A stretch of 64,000 nucleotides of DNA from Waddliaceae bacterium. GTDB taxonomy: Bacteria; Chlamydiota; Chlamydiia; Chlamydiales; SLOH01. Position numbers and translations under genes: made by a program. The notes beneath the pieces are model-generated. The model was not told the DNA's origin, ran no database searches, and saw nothing but the letters and a program-made list of their open reading frames with translations. The stretch is from contig JBBDJA010000010.1 in assembly GCA_040880105.1 (NCBI GenBank), positions 1-64,000 on the forward strand, read 5' to 3'. Position 1 is the first letter of the stretch. Each line of letters opens with the position of its first letter. Below, piece after piece: positions 28,399-38,999 of the stretch.

Positions 28399-29634
28399 TC
28401 ATGCAAAACGAAGTTTTGTTGCATGGATTTGATGCGGGATGATCGCAAATAATGTATAGATAGCGCCGCTTTGCATAGATATAAGATAAGGGTTAGTAAA
28501 TCCTGATCCGATCCAAAGAGCAAAAAGGATAAGAAAACTGATACTGATCAATGAGGGCTGAGGGTAAATGAGACGAAATGCAATCAAACAGATAGGGGAT
28601 AAAATAAGTAAAATCCCGACAATACCGAACTGCATTAAAAATGCAAGCCATTGAACCTCATAACTGTGCATATTGAAGTTACCGGTTGTTGATCGTATGG
28701 AGTCTTTAGCATAACCTCCTAGACCTTTTCCAAAATAGGGGGTCGCTTGGTACTCTTTAAGGAGTGATCTTGATTGTTCAATTCGAATGGAGTCGGAAAT
28801 CTGAGTGCTTTTACCTGTATATCGATCTACAAAACCATTATAAAAATTCTCCGGACCACAAATAAAAACTAAACTTATCAGAAGTGAACAAGCAATCAAA
28901 GCTCCTCGCATTTTTTCCTTCAAGGGAACAGAAAGTATGTAGAGGAAGAGTGAGATGAAGTACACAGCGATTAGGAATCTTGAATACGAAATCAGATTTG
29001 AAATTAAACTTAAAATTAAATACAGAATCTTAAATTTCCCACTGATCTTTTGTCCCAATTTTTCAGAAAAAAGGACAAATAAAATCAAATAGGGGGTTGC
29101 AATATCGGTAGAAAATTGAATCCTAGCAACCCCATTAAATATTGTCATACTCATGACTCTAAGATTAAACAATCTCACTAGAGATGGTAGATCTACTAAG
29201 TGTAAGGAATGAAGAAGTAAAGTCAGAAGCTTAATGAAGATGTAGGCCATGCTTGCATAAATTGCACAACAAACGATCTGATCCGGAGTGATGATCCTTT
29301 CGTTTATAAGGTATAACGACAAAAGCGGCAGATATAGGGTAAGAACAAATAGTTTAAGCTGATCGATTGCGACAGTGCCTGGAATCGAACCGTTGAATTG
29401 ACTAATGAAAAACCAAAAGAGCAAAAAGCAAATAGATGCGCTCGATATGAAAAATACCTTGAGGCTCGATTTTAACATCTTTTTTTTAAACATTAAATGT
29501 AAAAAAAAGAATTGTATAGACGTTAGAAAAGTTAAAGATTTTAATGTGAATAAACCATGATTACTTGTGGATGGAATTGTAAGCGCGATAAAAACAAGTA
29601 GAAGGTAGGAGTATTTAAGAGGTTTTTCTGCCAT
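28399..29634 (-). CDS. O-antigen ligase/polymerase-like (Wzy_C/WaaL) multi-pass membrane protein
   Basis: About 11-12 TM segments; SR motif (ISYSRF); loop SDSIR...PYFGKGLG...HSYEVQWLAFLMQFGIVG; AT-rich. Confidence 0.65.
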   Translation of the reverse strand: MAEKPLKYSYLLLVFIALTIPSTSNHGLFTLKSLTFLTSIQFFFLHLMFKKKMLKSSLKVFFISSASICFLLFWFFISQFNGSIPGTVAIDQLKLFVLTLYLPLLSLYLINERIITPDQIVCCAIYASMAYIFIKLLTLLLHSLHLVDLPSLVRLFNLRVMSMTIFNGVARIQFSTDIATPYLILFVLFSEKLGQKISGKFKILYLILSLISNLISYSRFLIAVYFISLFLYILSVPLKEKMRGALIACSLLISLVFICGPENFYNGFVDRYTGKSTQISDSIRIEQSRSLLKEYQATPYFGKGLGGYAKDSIRSTTGNFNMHSYEVQWLAFLMQFGIVGILLILSPICLIAFRLIYPQPSLISISFLILFALWIGSGFTNPYLISMQSGAIYTLFAIIPHQIHATKLRFA

Positions 29635-30144
29635 TTAGTCAAAGCTCTCTCTATTTTAGCTTTAGAGTCTAAGGCAAACGATATTTAGATGCATTCAGAT
29701 TTTGGATAGTAGAGACTAATGACTGTTAGGTGCGTTGAAATTTTGACAGAATGGTTACCGACGCCTTTAAGCTAAAATAAGGATTGAAGGATTCTGTTGA
29801 ATTATAAGAATGGTCGTTAAATTTAGCCGGAATTCGATGATCCTCGCTTGGTTGATGGTCAAGAGATTAATCCTAATTGTATATGAGTGATTCCTTGGAA
29901 AACGATATATAAATTTGAATAGAACATCCGTATTTATTTTCTAATGTAGTAGTAAATATTTTATTAGATGTGGTTGGACAAAAACTAGGGATATACAAAT
30001 TTTTTGGTGCGGACAAAGCTTCTATCTTCTCGATACATCTCTAGAATCTATGGAAGAGGATTGTTTGAAATTTTATTGTTGACATAAATCCAAACTCTTG
30101 GTTTTATATTGATCCATTACACCATAATCCATAACTAAAACATC

Positions 30145-30363
30145 ATGGCAAAAGAAGATATCATAAAGTTAGACGGACTCGTTGAGGAACTCCTTTCCAA
30201 TATGATGTTCCAGGTGAAGCTAGATAACGGGATGAAGATTTCAGCCCATTTATGCGGAAAAATGCGGGTAAGAAATATTCGTGTACTACCCGGAGATCGT
30301 GTGACTGTTGAGATGTCACCATACGATTTAACGAAGGGGCGAATCGTATATAGACACAAGTAA
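30145..30363 (+). CDS. infA: Translation initiation factor IF-1
   Basis: MAKEDII...[31 protein letters not shown]. Confidence 0.98.
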   Translation: MAKEDIIKLDGLVEELLSNMMFQVKLDNGMKISAHLCGKMRVRNIRVLPGDRVTVEMSPYDLTKGRIVYRHK

Positions 30364-30480
30364 TATATTTAAGATTGGATACAACCTGGAATTTTTTTTG
30401 TATACCTGTTGATTTTATATGTACGAGAGTTTAGAATGTTATTCTTTCATGGGTAGCAATGCGAAGGTAGACGGTATCTT

Positions 30481-30552
30481 GCCCAGATAGCTCAGGGGTA
30501 GAGCACTTGCATGGTAAGCAAGCGGTCGTAGGTTCAATTCCTATTCTGGGCA
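30481..30552 (+). tRNA. tRNA-Thr(GGT)
   Basis: GCCCAGATAGCTCAG...CTTGC-AT-GGT-AA-GCAAG...GGTTCAATTCC..TCTGGGCA. Confidence 0.96.
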
Positions 30553-30594
30553 AATAAGAAAAAAATTTTCTTTTTAATTGATTGGAGGAAACAA

Positions 30595-31779
30595 ATGGCA
30601 AAACAAGCGTTTGAGCGAAACAAGCCACACGTAAATATTGGTACTATTGGTCACGTTGACCATGGTAAAACGACACTGACAGCTGCTATCACGAAAGTAT
30701 TGGCGAAAAGTGGTGGAGCGACGGAGCGAAAATTTGATGAAATTGATAAAGCTCCTGAAGAAAAAGCACGCGGAATTACGATTAACTCTTCACATGTTGA
30801 GTATGAAACAGCAAATCGTCACTATGCTCACGTAGACTGCCCAGGTCACGCTGACTACGTTAAAAACATGATTACAGGTGCTGCACAAATGGATGGTGCG
30901 ATTCTTGTTGTAGCAGCAACAGATGGTGCTATGCCTCAAACAAGAGAGCACATCTTACTTGCTCACCAGATGCAGGTACCTTCTATTGTTGTGTTTCTTA
31001 ATAAAGTTGATATGCTTGGCGAAGAAGACCAAGAGCTACTAGAGCTAGTTGAGCTAGAGCTTCAAGAGCTTCTAGAGTCGAAAGGGTATAAAGATTCTCC
31101 GATTATTCGTGGATCTGCTCTTAGAGCACTAGAAGGCGATGAGAAGTATGGTGAGGCGATTGAGAAACTCATGAGCACAGTTGATGAGTTTGTTCCTACT
31201 CCTGAGCGTGATACAGAAAAGCCTTTCTTGATGCCTGTAGAAGACGTTTTCTCAATCTCTGGTCGAGGAACCGTTGCAACTGGACGTATCGAAAGAGGTG
31301 TTGTTAAAATTAACGACAAAGCTCAACTTGTTGGTTTAGGTGATACTCGCGAAACTGTCGTGACTGGAATCGAAATGTTCAACAAAATTATGGATGAAGC
31401 TCGTGCCGGTGAGAATGTGGGTCTTTTACTTCGCGGATTAGGTAAAGACGATGTTCAGCGCGGACAGGTTCTTGCTGTTCCTGGTACTGTAAAGCCTCAT
31501 ACTAAGTTTAAAGGCCCTGTATACGTCTTGAAGAAAGAAGAAGGTGGACGTCACAAGCCTTTCTTTACTGGATATCGCCCACAAATGTATATCCGTACAA
31601 CAGATGTTACAGCAACTATTGAACTTCCGGAAGGAGTTGAAATGGTTATGCCTGGTGACAACGTTGAAATTACAGTGAACTTAATTAGTCCTGTAGCTCT
31701 TGAAAAAGGTATGAGATTTGCGATTCGTGAAGGTGGTCGAACAATCGGTGCTGGAACGATATCAGAAATTATTGAATAG
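30595..31779 (+). CDS. tuf: Elongation factor Tu
   Basis: [28 protein letters not shown]. Confidence 0.99.
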   Translation: MAKQAFERNKPHVNIGTIGHVDHGKTTLTAAITKVLAKSGGATERKFDEIDKAPEEKARGITINSSHVEYETANRHYAHVDCPGHADYVKNMITGAAQMDGAILVVAATDGAMPQTREHILLAHQMQVPSIVVFLNKVDMLGEEDQELLELVELELQELLESKGYKDSPIIRGSALRALEGDEKYGEAIEKLMSTVDEFVPTPERDTEKPFLMPVEDVFSISGRGTVATGRIERGVVKINDKAQLVGLGDTRETVVTGIEMFNKIMDEARAGENVGLLLRGLGKDDVQRGQVLAVPGTVKPHTKFKGPVYVLKKEEGGRHKPFFTGYRPQMYIRTTDVTATIELPEGVEMVMPGDNVEITVNLISPVALEKGMRFAIREGGRTIGAGTISEIIE

Positions 31780-31801
31780 TATTCAATTAGTGAATATAGG
31801 T

Positions 31802-31823
31802 GGCGCCTGAATAAGGCGCCTTT
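31802..31823 (+). terminator. Hairpin after tuf (terminator or processing site)
   Basis: GGCGCCT-gaata-AGGCGCC-TTT. Confidence 0.5.
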
Positions 31824-31835
31824 AAACATCTCGGT

Positions 31836-31911
31836 GGGTGTGTAGCTCAGTTGGTAGAGCAGCGGCCTCCAAAGCCGCCGGTCGGGGGTTCGAGTCCCTC
31901 CGCACTCGCCA
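31836..31911 (+). tRNA. tRNA-Trp(CCA)
   Basis: GGGTGTGTAGCTCAGTTGGTAGAGCA GCGGC-CT-CCA-AA-GCCGC...GGTTCGAGTCC..CGCACTCG with encoded CCA. Confidence 0.96.
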
Positions 31912-31949
31912 TTTGGATGATTATAAAGAGCAAGCAATTAGGTTTAAAT

Positions 31950-32237
31950 ATGGTGTCGAGAGTGAATAAACTCGATTCAAAGAATACGACAAAATTGGGT
32001 AAAAAGCGTTCGGCAGCTTCTGACGCTGCTGCAGGTGCTAATCCTGCAGAATGGTTTGGTGATATAAAGAAAGAATTTAAGAAAATCACCTGGACCGAAA
32101 GGCAAGAGCTTAAAGCTTATACGAAAGTAGTCATTGGAGCCACTTTTGTTATGGGGTTTGCAATATTCGGGATTGATTTATTTATAAAATATACTGTTGA
32201 AGCATTAGCTACAGTTTTTAAAGTTTTAGTAGGTTAA
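31950..32237 (+). CDS. secE: Preprotein translocase subunit SecE
   Basis: IKKEFKKITWTERQEL followed by a TM; between tRNA-Trp and nusG; start moved to ATG 31950 because the track start lies in the tRNA. Confidence 0.92.
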   Translation: MVSRVNKLDSKNTTKLGKKRSAASDAAAGANPAEWFGDIKKEFKKITWTERQELKAYTKVVIGATFVMGFAIFGIDLFIKYTVEALATVFKVLVG

Positions 32238-32271
32238 ACTCCCACGCAAGAGAAAGTTTCTAAGGAATTTT

Positions 32272-32811
32272 ATGAATCATTGGTATGTAGTCCATGTGCT
32301 GTCATCACATGAAAAGAAAGTAAAGAAGACGATCGAAGAAAAATTAGAAGCTTCTGGAATGAGCGACTTTATAAAAGAAGTTGTTGTTCCGATAGAAAAT
32401 GTGTCTGAAGTAAAAAAAGGGCAGCAAAAGGTCGTAGAGAAGAGAATCTGGCCGGGATATATTCTCGTCAATCTCGTCCTCAATGATGAATCATGGGGCT
32501 ATATAAAAGAAACCCAAGGCGTAATCGGATTTCTAGGTGGTGGAAAACCAACACCGTTATCAGATTATGAAGTACAGGAAATTTTAAGAGATATTCAAGA
32601 AAAAGGACAAAAAGTTACTCAAAAGCATAAATTTGCTGTCGGGGATTCTGTTAAGATTATTGATGGAGTGTTTGTTAATTTCATAGGGACAGTATTTGAT
32701 GTTAATAACGATAAAGGTCAATTGAGTGTAAGAGTTTCTATATTCGGAAGAGACACTGAAGTAGACGACTTAGAATTTCATCAAGTAGAAAAAGTTGAAG
32801 ATGAGGCATAG
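32272..32811 (+). CDS. nusG: Transcription termination/antitermination factor NusG
   Basis: [24 protein letters not shown] motif [11 protein letters not shown]. Confidence 0.97.
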   Translation: MNHWYVVHVLSSHEKKVKKTIEEKLEASGMSDFIKEVVVPIENVSEVKKGQQKVVEKRIWPGYILVNLVLNDESWGYIKETQGVIGFLGGGKPTPLSDYEVQEILRDIQEKGQKVTQKHKFAVGDSVKIIDGVFVNFIGTVFDVNNDKGQLSVRVSIFGRDTEVDDLEFHQVEKVEDEA

Positions 32812-32819
32812 GGCATATT

Positions 32820-33260
32820 ATGGCAAAAAAGAAAATAACTAAATTAATCAAGCTCCAAATTCCCGCTGGAAAAGCAAATCCGGCACCACCGATCGGTCCT
32901 GCTTTAGGAGCGGCAGGTGTTAATATCATGGCTTTTTGTAAAGAGTTTAATGCGAAGACGCAAGGCTCAAATGATATTTTACCTGTGGTCATTTCTGTAT
33001 ATAAAGATAAGTCGTTTACCTTTATCTGCAAAAAGCCTCCAGTACCAGAAATGCTAAAGAAGGCAGCTGGAATCTCTAAGGGATCAGCAGTTCCCAATCG
33101 AGACAAAGTGGGAAAAATCACTCCTGAACAAGCAGAGAAAATTGCTCAGGATAAAATGGAAGACCTTAATGCTCGCAACCTAGATGCTGCAATTAAGATT
33201 GTATTAGGAACAGCTAGGTCTATGGGAATTGAATATACAGGGGCAGCAACCGCAGCTTAA
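32820..33260 (+). CDS. rplK: 50S ribosomal protein L11
   Basis: [20 protein letters not shown]. Confidence 0.98.
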   Translation: MAKKKITKLIKLQIPAGKANPAPPIGPALGAAGVNIMAFCKEFNAKTQGSNDILPVVISVYKDKSFTFICKKPPVPEMLKKAAGISKGSAVPNRDKVGKITPEQAEKIAQDKMEDLNARNLDAAIKIVLGTARSMGIEYTGAATAA

Positions 33261-33270
33261 GGAGAATATA

Positions 33271-33972
33271 ATGACAAAATTGAGCAAACGTTTTCAGGAT
33301 ATTGAAAAGAACTTTGACTTAGATCGTACCTTTTCTCTAGAAGAAGCGATTAAAATGTTAAAAGAACTACCTGGAACTAAATTTAATCAAACACTAGAAG
33401 TTTCATTGAAATTAGGTGTTGATCCTAAGAAAGCTGACCAGCAAGTAAGAGGAACAGTTGCCTTACCTCATGGGACAGGTAAAGAGCTTCGTATCCTTGT
33501 ATTTGCAGCTGGAGACAAAGCAGATGAAGCAAGGAAAGCAGGCGCTGATTACGTTGGCACAGACGAACTCGTACAAAAAATTAGCAGCGGCTGGACTGAT
33601 TTTGATGCAGTCATCGCAACTCCGGACATGATGAGAGAGGTTGGAAAACTTGGAAAAGTTCTTGGACCGAGAGGCTTAATGCCAGCTCCTAAAGCCGGAA
33701 CAGTCACAAATGATATTGCTAAAACAGTCGAAGAGTTAAAAGCGGGTCGTGTTGAATACAAAACCAATAAGAATGGTGTGATTAATCACGGCGTAGGAAA
33801 ATTAACCTCTTTCGAGTCTGCACAGTTAAAAGAAAATGTTGAAGCATTCATTCGTGCCATTCAACGAGCAAAACCTGCATCTTCAAAAGGACGTTACATG
33901 TTAAAGTTAGTCCTTTCAGGAACGATGACTCCAGGATTAGAAGTTGATGTAAAAGAATTAGAAGTAGCGTAA
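33271..33972 (+). CDS. rplA: 50S ribosomal protein L1
   Basis: [34 protein letters not shown] 33271 after AAGGAG. Confidence 0.98.
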   Translation: MTKLSKRFQDIEKNFDLDRTFSLEEAIKMLKELPGTKFNQTLEVSLKLGVDPKKADQQVRGTVALPHGTGKELRILVFAAGDKADEARKAGADYVGTDELVQKISSGWTDFDAVIATPDMMREVGKLGKVLGPRGLMPAPKAGTVTNDIAKTVEELKAGRVEYKTNKNGVINHGVGKLTSFESAQLKENVEAFIRAIQRAKPASSKGRYMLKLVLSGTMTPGLEVDVKELEVA

Positions 33973-33983
33973 AGGAGTCAGAA

Positions 33984-34502
33984 ATGAAACAGGAAAAACA
34001 GTTCTTACTTGATGAAATCAAGGGACATATTGATCGCTATCAGTCTTTTTTAATTACAAAGAACAATGGAATCAATTCAGAATCCGCAAATGATCTTAGA
34101 ACAAAAATAGCGGCTCTCGGTGGTGAAATTGAAATGGTAAGAAAGAGACTTTTAATCAAAGCTCTTGAAGATTCCGGTTTGAAATTTACACCTAGAGATC
34201 TTCCTGGACAGATTGGAATCGTGCTTTCAGGCAATGATTATATTACCATTACAAAGGAAATATATAAATATATTGAAGAAAGCGACAATCAAATTGAAGT
34301 GATCGGAGCTAAGTTTGATGGAAACTATTATGAAAGCGATGACGTTAAAAAGCTTTCAAAACTTCCATCACTTGATCAAATGAGAGGTCAACTACTTGGA
34401 CTATTTGAAGCGCCAATGGCACAAATGTTAGCTGTTACAAATGCTCTTTTAACAGCAGTACCTCATTGCCTTGAGAACAAGTCAAAAGAATCTGAGGAGT
34501 AA
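33984..34502 (+). CDS. rplJ: 50S ribosomal protein L10
   Basis: Operon position; LSKLPSLDQMRGQLLG. Confidence 0.95.
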   Translation: MKQEKQFLLDEIKGHIDRYQSFLITKNNGINSESANDLRTKIAALGGEIEMVRKRLLIKALEDSGLKFTPRDLPGQIGIVLSGNDYITITKEIYKYIEESDNQIEVIGAKFDGNYYESDDVKKLSKLPSLDQMRGQLLGLFEAPMAQMLAVTNALLTAVPHCLENKSKESEE

Positions 34503-34524
34503 ACGTCTAAATTATGATGATAGA

Positions 34525-34548
34525 TTTTTCGCATTGGGATGCGAAAAA
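34525..34548 (+). other. Perfect intercistronic hairpin between rplJ and rplL
   Basis: TTTTTCGCAT-tggg-ATGCGAAAAA. Confidence 0.55.
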
Positions 34549-34590
34549 ATATCTTAAACATTCAAAGTTAAATGATAGAGAGGAATAACC

Positions 34591-34977
34591 GTGAGTAAAA
34601 AACTTGAAACACTCGTAGAAGAGCTTAGCCAATTGACAGTTTTAGAAATGTCAGAACTTAAGCAACAATTAGAAGACAAATGGGGAGTGACAGCAGCAGC
34701 ACCAGCAGCAGCAGTTTTTGCAGCACCTGAGCAAGGTGGAGCAAAAGAAGAAGAAGCAACAGACTTCAATGTCATTCTAGAAGAAGTACCAGCTGCTAAG
34801 AAAATTGCAGTTATTAAAATTATCCGTGAGATAACTGGACTTGGTCTTAAAGAAGCAAAGGAAATGGCAGAGTCAACGCCTAAACCTGTTAAAGAATCTG
34901 CACCTAAAGAAGAAGCTGAAGAACTTAAGAAGAAGTTCGAAGAAGCTGGTGCTAAAGTTTCTTTAAAGGCGGTCTAA
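34591..34977 (+). CDS. rplL: 50S ribosomal protein L7/L12
   Basis: LTVLEMSEL...[23 protein letters not shown] start. Confidence 0.98.
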   Translation: MSKKLETLVEELSQLTVLEMSELKQQLEDKWGVTAAAPAAAVFAAPEQGGAKEEEATDFNVILEEVPAAKKIAVIKIIREITGLGLKEAKEMAESTPKPVKESAPKEEAEELKKKFEEAGAKVSLKAV

Positions 34978-35039
34978 TTAAAAATCATATTGCGAAAAGG
35001 ATCGGTAAAAGATTCATACTACATTAGTTATCGCAGTAG

Positions 35040-35091
35040 CCTGGATGCGGCAGAAGTGATCACTCCTGCTCGCATCTGGGATCTTTGTATT
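35040..35091 (+). promoter_or_regulatory. Structured rplL-rpoB intergenic RNA (attenuator or processing hairpin)
   Basis: CCTGGATGCG-GCAG-AAGTG/CACT-CCTGC-TCGCATCTGGG followed by T-rich sequence. Confidence 0.45.
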
Positions 35092-35207
35092 TATATATAA
35101 TTCTTTGAGCTATCACTAGGCTGCAATTAATTACGAAGGTTTGATTAAAATCGGTGAACAACATTCAGCTAAAGAATTTAAGTTGATCAATCAGGGAGAT
35201 CTCATAA

Positions 35208-38200
35208 ATGAAAAAAGCGGCGCCCAAAAGGGTTAGTTTTTCTAAGCGGGAAGAAATTTTAGACCTTCCTAGTCTTATCGAAGTTCAAATTAAATCCTTT
35301 AAACAATTTCTGCAAGCAGACAAATTACCTCATGAACGTGAAAATGTCGGCATTGAAGAAGTGTTTAGAGAAATATTTCCTATCTCGTCTTATGACGAAA
35401 AAACAACTTTAGAGTATTTAAGCTATACGCTTGGAGTCCCTAAATACAATCCTGATGAATGTGTTCGCCGTGGAATTTCTTACAACGTCACACTGAAAGT
35501 GAAATTCCGCCTAACAGATGAAACCGGGATTAAAGAAGAAGAAGTCTACATGGGGACAATCCCTATAATGACAGACAAGGGAACATTCATTATTAATGGT
35601 GCCGAGAGAGTTGTTGTCTCACAGTTACACAGATCTCCCGGAATTAGCTATGAGCATGAGCTGCATCCTCGAGGCACGGCAATTTACTCATTCCGCATCA
35701 TCCCGTATAGAGGAAGCTGGTTAGAAGCCTCTTTTGATATTAATGATATGATTCATATCTACATTGATAGAAAAAAACGTCGACGCAAAATTTTAGCCAC
35801 AAGTTTTATTAGAGCCCTTGGCTTTTCATCGAATGCGGAAATTATAGAAGAATTCTTTACTACAAAGAAATACAAGATCAGTTCGCAAAAAGATATTGCA
35901 AAGTTGACCGGTAAAATTCTTGCAGAAGATGTTGTTCAAGAAGAGACAGGACTTGTTTTCGGACGTGCATCTGAAAAATTGACCACTGCAATGTTAAAGC
36001 GTATTACAGATGCTGGTGAAAAATCAATTGTTATCGCTGAAAATGCTGACGAAAATTCACCAATTATCAAAATGCTCAGCAAAGACCCAACGGATTCATA
36101 CGAAAGCGCACTAAAAGAATTCTACAGGAAGGTCCGTCCAGGCGAGCCTGCAACTTTGACAAACGCACGATCCGCAATGATGCGCCTTTTCTTCGATCCT
36201 AAACGTTATAATTTAGGAAGAGTGGGTCGTTATAAACTGAACTCAAAGCTTAATATCGCAGTTGATGATGAAGCCCTTGAAACAGTGACACTCATTAGAC
36301 AAGACATTATTGAGTCGCTAAAGTACTTGATTCGTTTGAAAGAAGGTGATGAAGATACCTCTATTGATGATATCGATCATCTTGGAAATCGACGCGTACG
36401 TTCGGTCGGTGAACTTGTGCAAAATCAATGCAGAATCGGTCTTGCGCGTATGGAGAAAATTATTCGTGAGCGCATGAATCTATTTGACTTCACCTCCGAT
36501 ACATTAACTCCGGGAAAAATTGTTTCTGCTAAAGGTTTAGCCGGAGTCCTAAAAGACTTCTTTGGACGCTCACAACTTTCTCAGTTTATGGATCAAGCCA
36601 ACCCTGTTGCTGAGCTTACACATAAACGAAGACTTTCTTCGCTTGGGCCCGGTGGTTTGAATCGTGACCGCGCAGGTTTTGAAGTCCGTGACGTTCATCC
36701 AAGTCACTATGGTCGTATCTGTCCGATCGAGACTCCTGAAGGACCGAACATTGGTTTGATTACTTCCCTTGCATCTTATGCAAAAATCAATGAATTCGGA
36801 TTTGTTGAAACGCCGTATCGAGCTGTAAAGGACGGAGTTGTTACAGAAGAAATCGAGTACATGACTGCCGAGCAAGAAGAGCGATGCGTAATTGCGCAAG
36901 CCTCAGCAGAACTCGATGAATACAACTTATTTAAAAATGATCTTTGCTGGGCGAGATATAGAGGAGAACCGGTTGAGATAGAGACATCTAAGGTGACACA
37001 TATGGACGTTTCACCAAAACAGCTTGTCTCTATTGTTGCAGGTTTAATTCCATTCCTTGAGCACGATGACGCGAACAGAGCCTTGATGGGATCAAACATG
37101 CAACGTCAAGGTGTACCGCTACTTCAACCTACAGCACCTATCGTGGGAACTGGACTTGAAGCAAGAGCGGCGCGCGATTCCGGAGCTGTTGTTGTTGCCG
37201 AAGAGGATGGAACTGTAGAGTATGTAGATGGCTCGAAAATCGTCGTTTCTCCCAAAGATAATCGACTTGAAAAGAAAACATATACTCTAAAGAAATTTCT
37301 ACGTTCAAACTCTGGAACATGCATAAATCAACAGCCACTATGCGGAGTGGGTGATAAAATTAAAGCCGGCGATGTGATTGCAGATGGACCGGGAACCGAT
37401 AAAGGAGAGGTCGCACTCGGACAAAATGTCCTTGTCTCATTTATACCTTGGTATGGTTATAACTATGAGGATGCGATTATCATTTCTGAAAAGTTAATCA
37501 GAGAAGATACATTCACCTCGATCCACATCGAAGAATTTGAAATCACTGCCCGTGATACAAAGTTAGGTCGCGAAGAAATTACACGAGATATTCCAAACGT
37601 TTCTGAAGACGCTTTAGTTCACCTTGAGGATGATGGAATCATTCGCATCGGCTCTGAAGTTAAACCGGGCGATATTCTCGTTGGGAAAATTACACCTAAG
37701 TCTGAAACTGAACTTGCTCCTGAAGAGAGACTTTTACGTGCAATCTTTGGTGAGAAGGCAGCTGATGTAAAGGATGCCTCTCTTACTGTTCCTCCAGGGA
37801 CTGAAGGGTATGTAATGGATGTTAAGGTCTTTAGTCGTAAAGAGCGTCTCTCGAGAACAGAAGATGAACTTGTTGAAGAAGCGGCTAAGCTTAAAGAAAT
37901 ACAAAATGAATACAAGCAAAAAGAAGCAGAGTTAAAGACATCTAGCAGAGAAAAAGTCGGCGCGCTGTTGCTTAATGAAGTGGCTTCAGGTTCAATTGTC
38001 CATCGCGTCACAGCCGATGTGATCGTTGAAGACGGAACTGTATTTACACAAGATCATTTAGAAGAATTAGAAGAAGAGTCTGTTGATAATCTTCTAATGC
38101 CAAATAATCCGACTTATCAAATTTTGCGTGAGCTCCTTGTCGATTATCAGCTTAAGGGACAGCAGCTAGAGACTGAGTACCGAAAGCAGATTGAGCAGCT

Positions 38201-38999
38201 ACGCAAAGGGGATACAGATCTCGAGCCCGGAATTGTTCGTCAGGTAAAAGTCTATGTTGCATCCAAACGCACTTTGCAAGTTGGGGATAAAATGGCTGGA
38301 CGCCACGGAAACAAAGGTGTTGTGTCCAATATTGTTCCTGAAGCAGATATGCCATTTCTAGAAGATGGTCAATCAATTGAGATTATTTTGAACCCGCTAG
38401 GTGTACCTTCGCGTATGAACATGGGGCAATTGTTTGAGACACACCTTGGATTTGCTGCAAAACGCAAAGGCGTCAACGTCATGAGCCCGGTGTTTGAAGG
38501 CTTTCCAGAGAATGAAATTTGGAAAATGATGAAAGAGCAAAATCTACCAGAAGATGGAAAATTTGTTCTTTACGATGGCTATACCGGCGAGCGTCTTGAT
38601 AACAAGGTCATGGTTGGATACATCTACATGATGAAGCTCGGACACTTAGTTGCAGATAAGATTCACGCACGTGCTGTCGGACCGTATTCACTTGTCACTC
38701 AACAACCTCTAGGTGGTAAAGCGCAAAGAGGGGGTCAACGTTTTGGTGAGATGGAAGTTTGGGCTGCAGAGGCTTATGGAGCTGCCCACTTACTACAAGA
38801 ACTATTGACTGTCAAGTCAGATGACGTCGCTGGACGCGCTAGAATTTATGAGTCTATCGTTAAGGGAGAAAATATTTTGGAATCAGGAACCCCTGAATCA
38901 TTTAATGTTTTGATTAAAGAAATGCAAGGCTTAGGACTTGATGTGAAAACACAACTTTCTGAAGAATATAGTTCACAGAACACGAGGGAGATTTCATGA
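35208..38999 (+). CDS. rpoB: RNA polymerase beta subunit
   Basis: [47 protein letters not shown]. Confidence 0.99.
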   Translation: MKKAAPKRVSFSKREEILDLPSLIEVQIKSFKQFLQADKLPHERENVGIEEVFREIFPISSYDEKTTLEYLSYTLGVPKYNPDECVRRGISYNVTLKVKFRLTDETGIKEEEVYMGTIPIMTDKGTFIINGAERVVVSQLHRSPGISYEHELHPRGTAIYSFRIIPYRGSWLEASFDINDMIHIYIDRKKRRRKILATSFIRALGFSSNAEIIEEFFTTKKYKISSQKDIAKLTGKILAEDVVQEETGLVFGRASEKLTTAMLKRITDAGEKSIVIAENADENSPIIKMLSKDPTDSYESALKEFYRKVRPGEPATLTNARSAMMRLFFDPKRYNLGRVGRYKLNSKLNIAVDDEALETVTLIRQDIIESLKYLIRLKEGDEDTSIDDIDHLGNRRVRSVGELVQNQCRIGLARMEKIIRERMNLFDFTSDTLTPGKIVSAKGLAGVLKDFFGRSQLSQFMDQANPVAELTHKRRLSSLGPGGLNRDRAGFEVRDVHPSHYGRICPIETPEGPNIGLITSLASYAKINEFGFVETPYRAVKDGVVTEEIEYMTAEQEERCVIAQASAELDEYNLFKNDLCWARYRGEPVEIETSKVTHMDVSPKQLVSIVAGLIPFLEHDDANRALMGSNMQRQGVPLLQPTAPIVGTGLEARAARDSGAVVVAEEDGTVEYVDGSKIVVSPKDNRLEKKTYTLKKFLRSNSGTCINQQPLCGVGDKIKAGDVIADGPGTDKGEVALGQNVLVSFIPWYGYNYEDAIIISEKLIREDTFTSIHIEEFEITARDTKLGREEITRDIPNVSEDALVHLEDDGIIRIGSEVKPGDILVGKITPKSETELAPEERLLRAIFGEKAADVKDASLTVPPGTEGYVMDVKVFSRKERLSRTEDELVEEAAKLKEIQNEYKQKEAELKTSSREKVGALLLNEVASGSIVHRVTADVIVEDGTVFTQDHLEELEEESVDNLLMPNNPTYQILRELLVDYQLKGQQLETEYRKQIEQLRKGDTDLEPGIVRQVKVYVASKRTLQVGDKMAGRHGNKGVVSNIVPEADMPFLEDGQSIEIILNPLGVPSRMNMGQLFETHLGFAAKRKGVNVMSPVFEGFPENEIWKMMKEQNLPEDGKFVLYDGYTGERLDNKVMVGYIYMMKLGHLVADKIHARAVGPYSLVTQQPLGGKAQRGGQRFGEMEVWAAEAYGAAHLLQELLTVKSDDVAGRARIYESIVKGENILESGTPESFNVLIKEMQGLGLDVKTQLSEEYSSQNTREIS

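Noticed and set aside
30079..30110. infA promoter
   Set aside because: TTGACA is present, but the best -10 (TATATT) is 20 nt away, so it was not called
31851..31949. N-terminal extension of SecE in the ORF track
   Set aside because: Overlaps tRNA-Trp; a later start is more plausible
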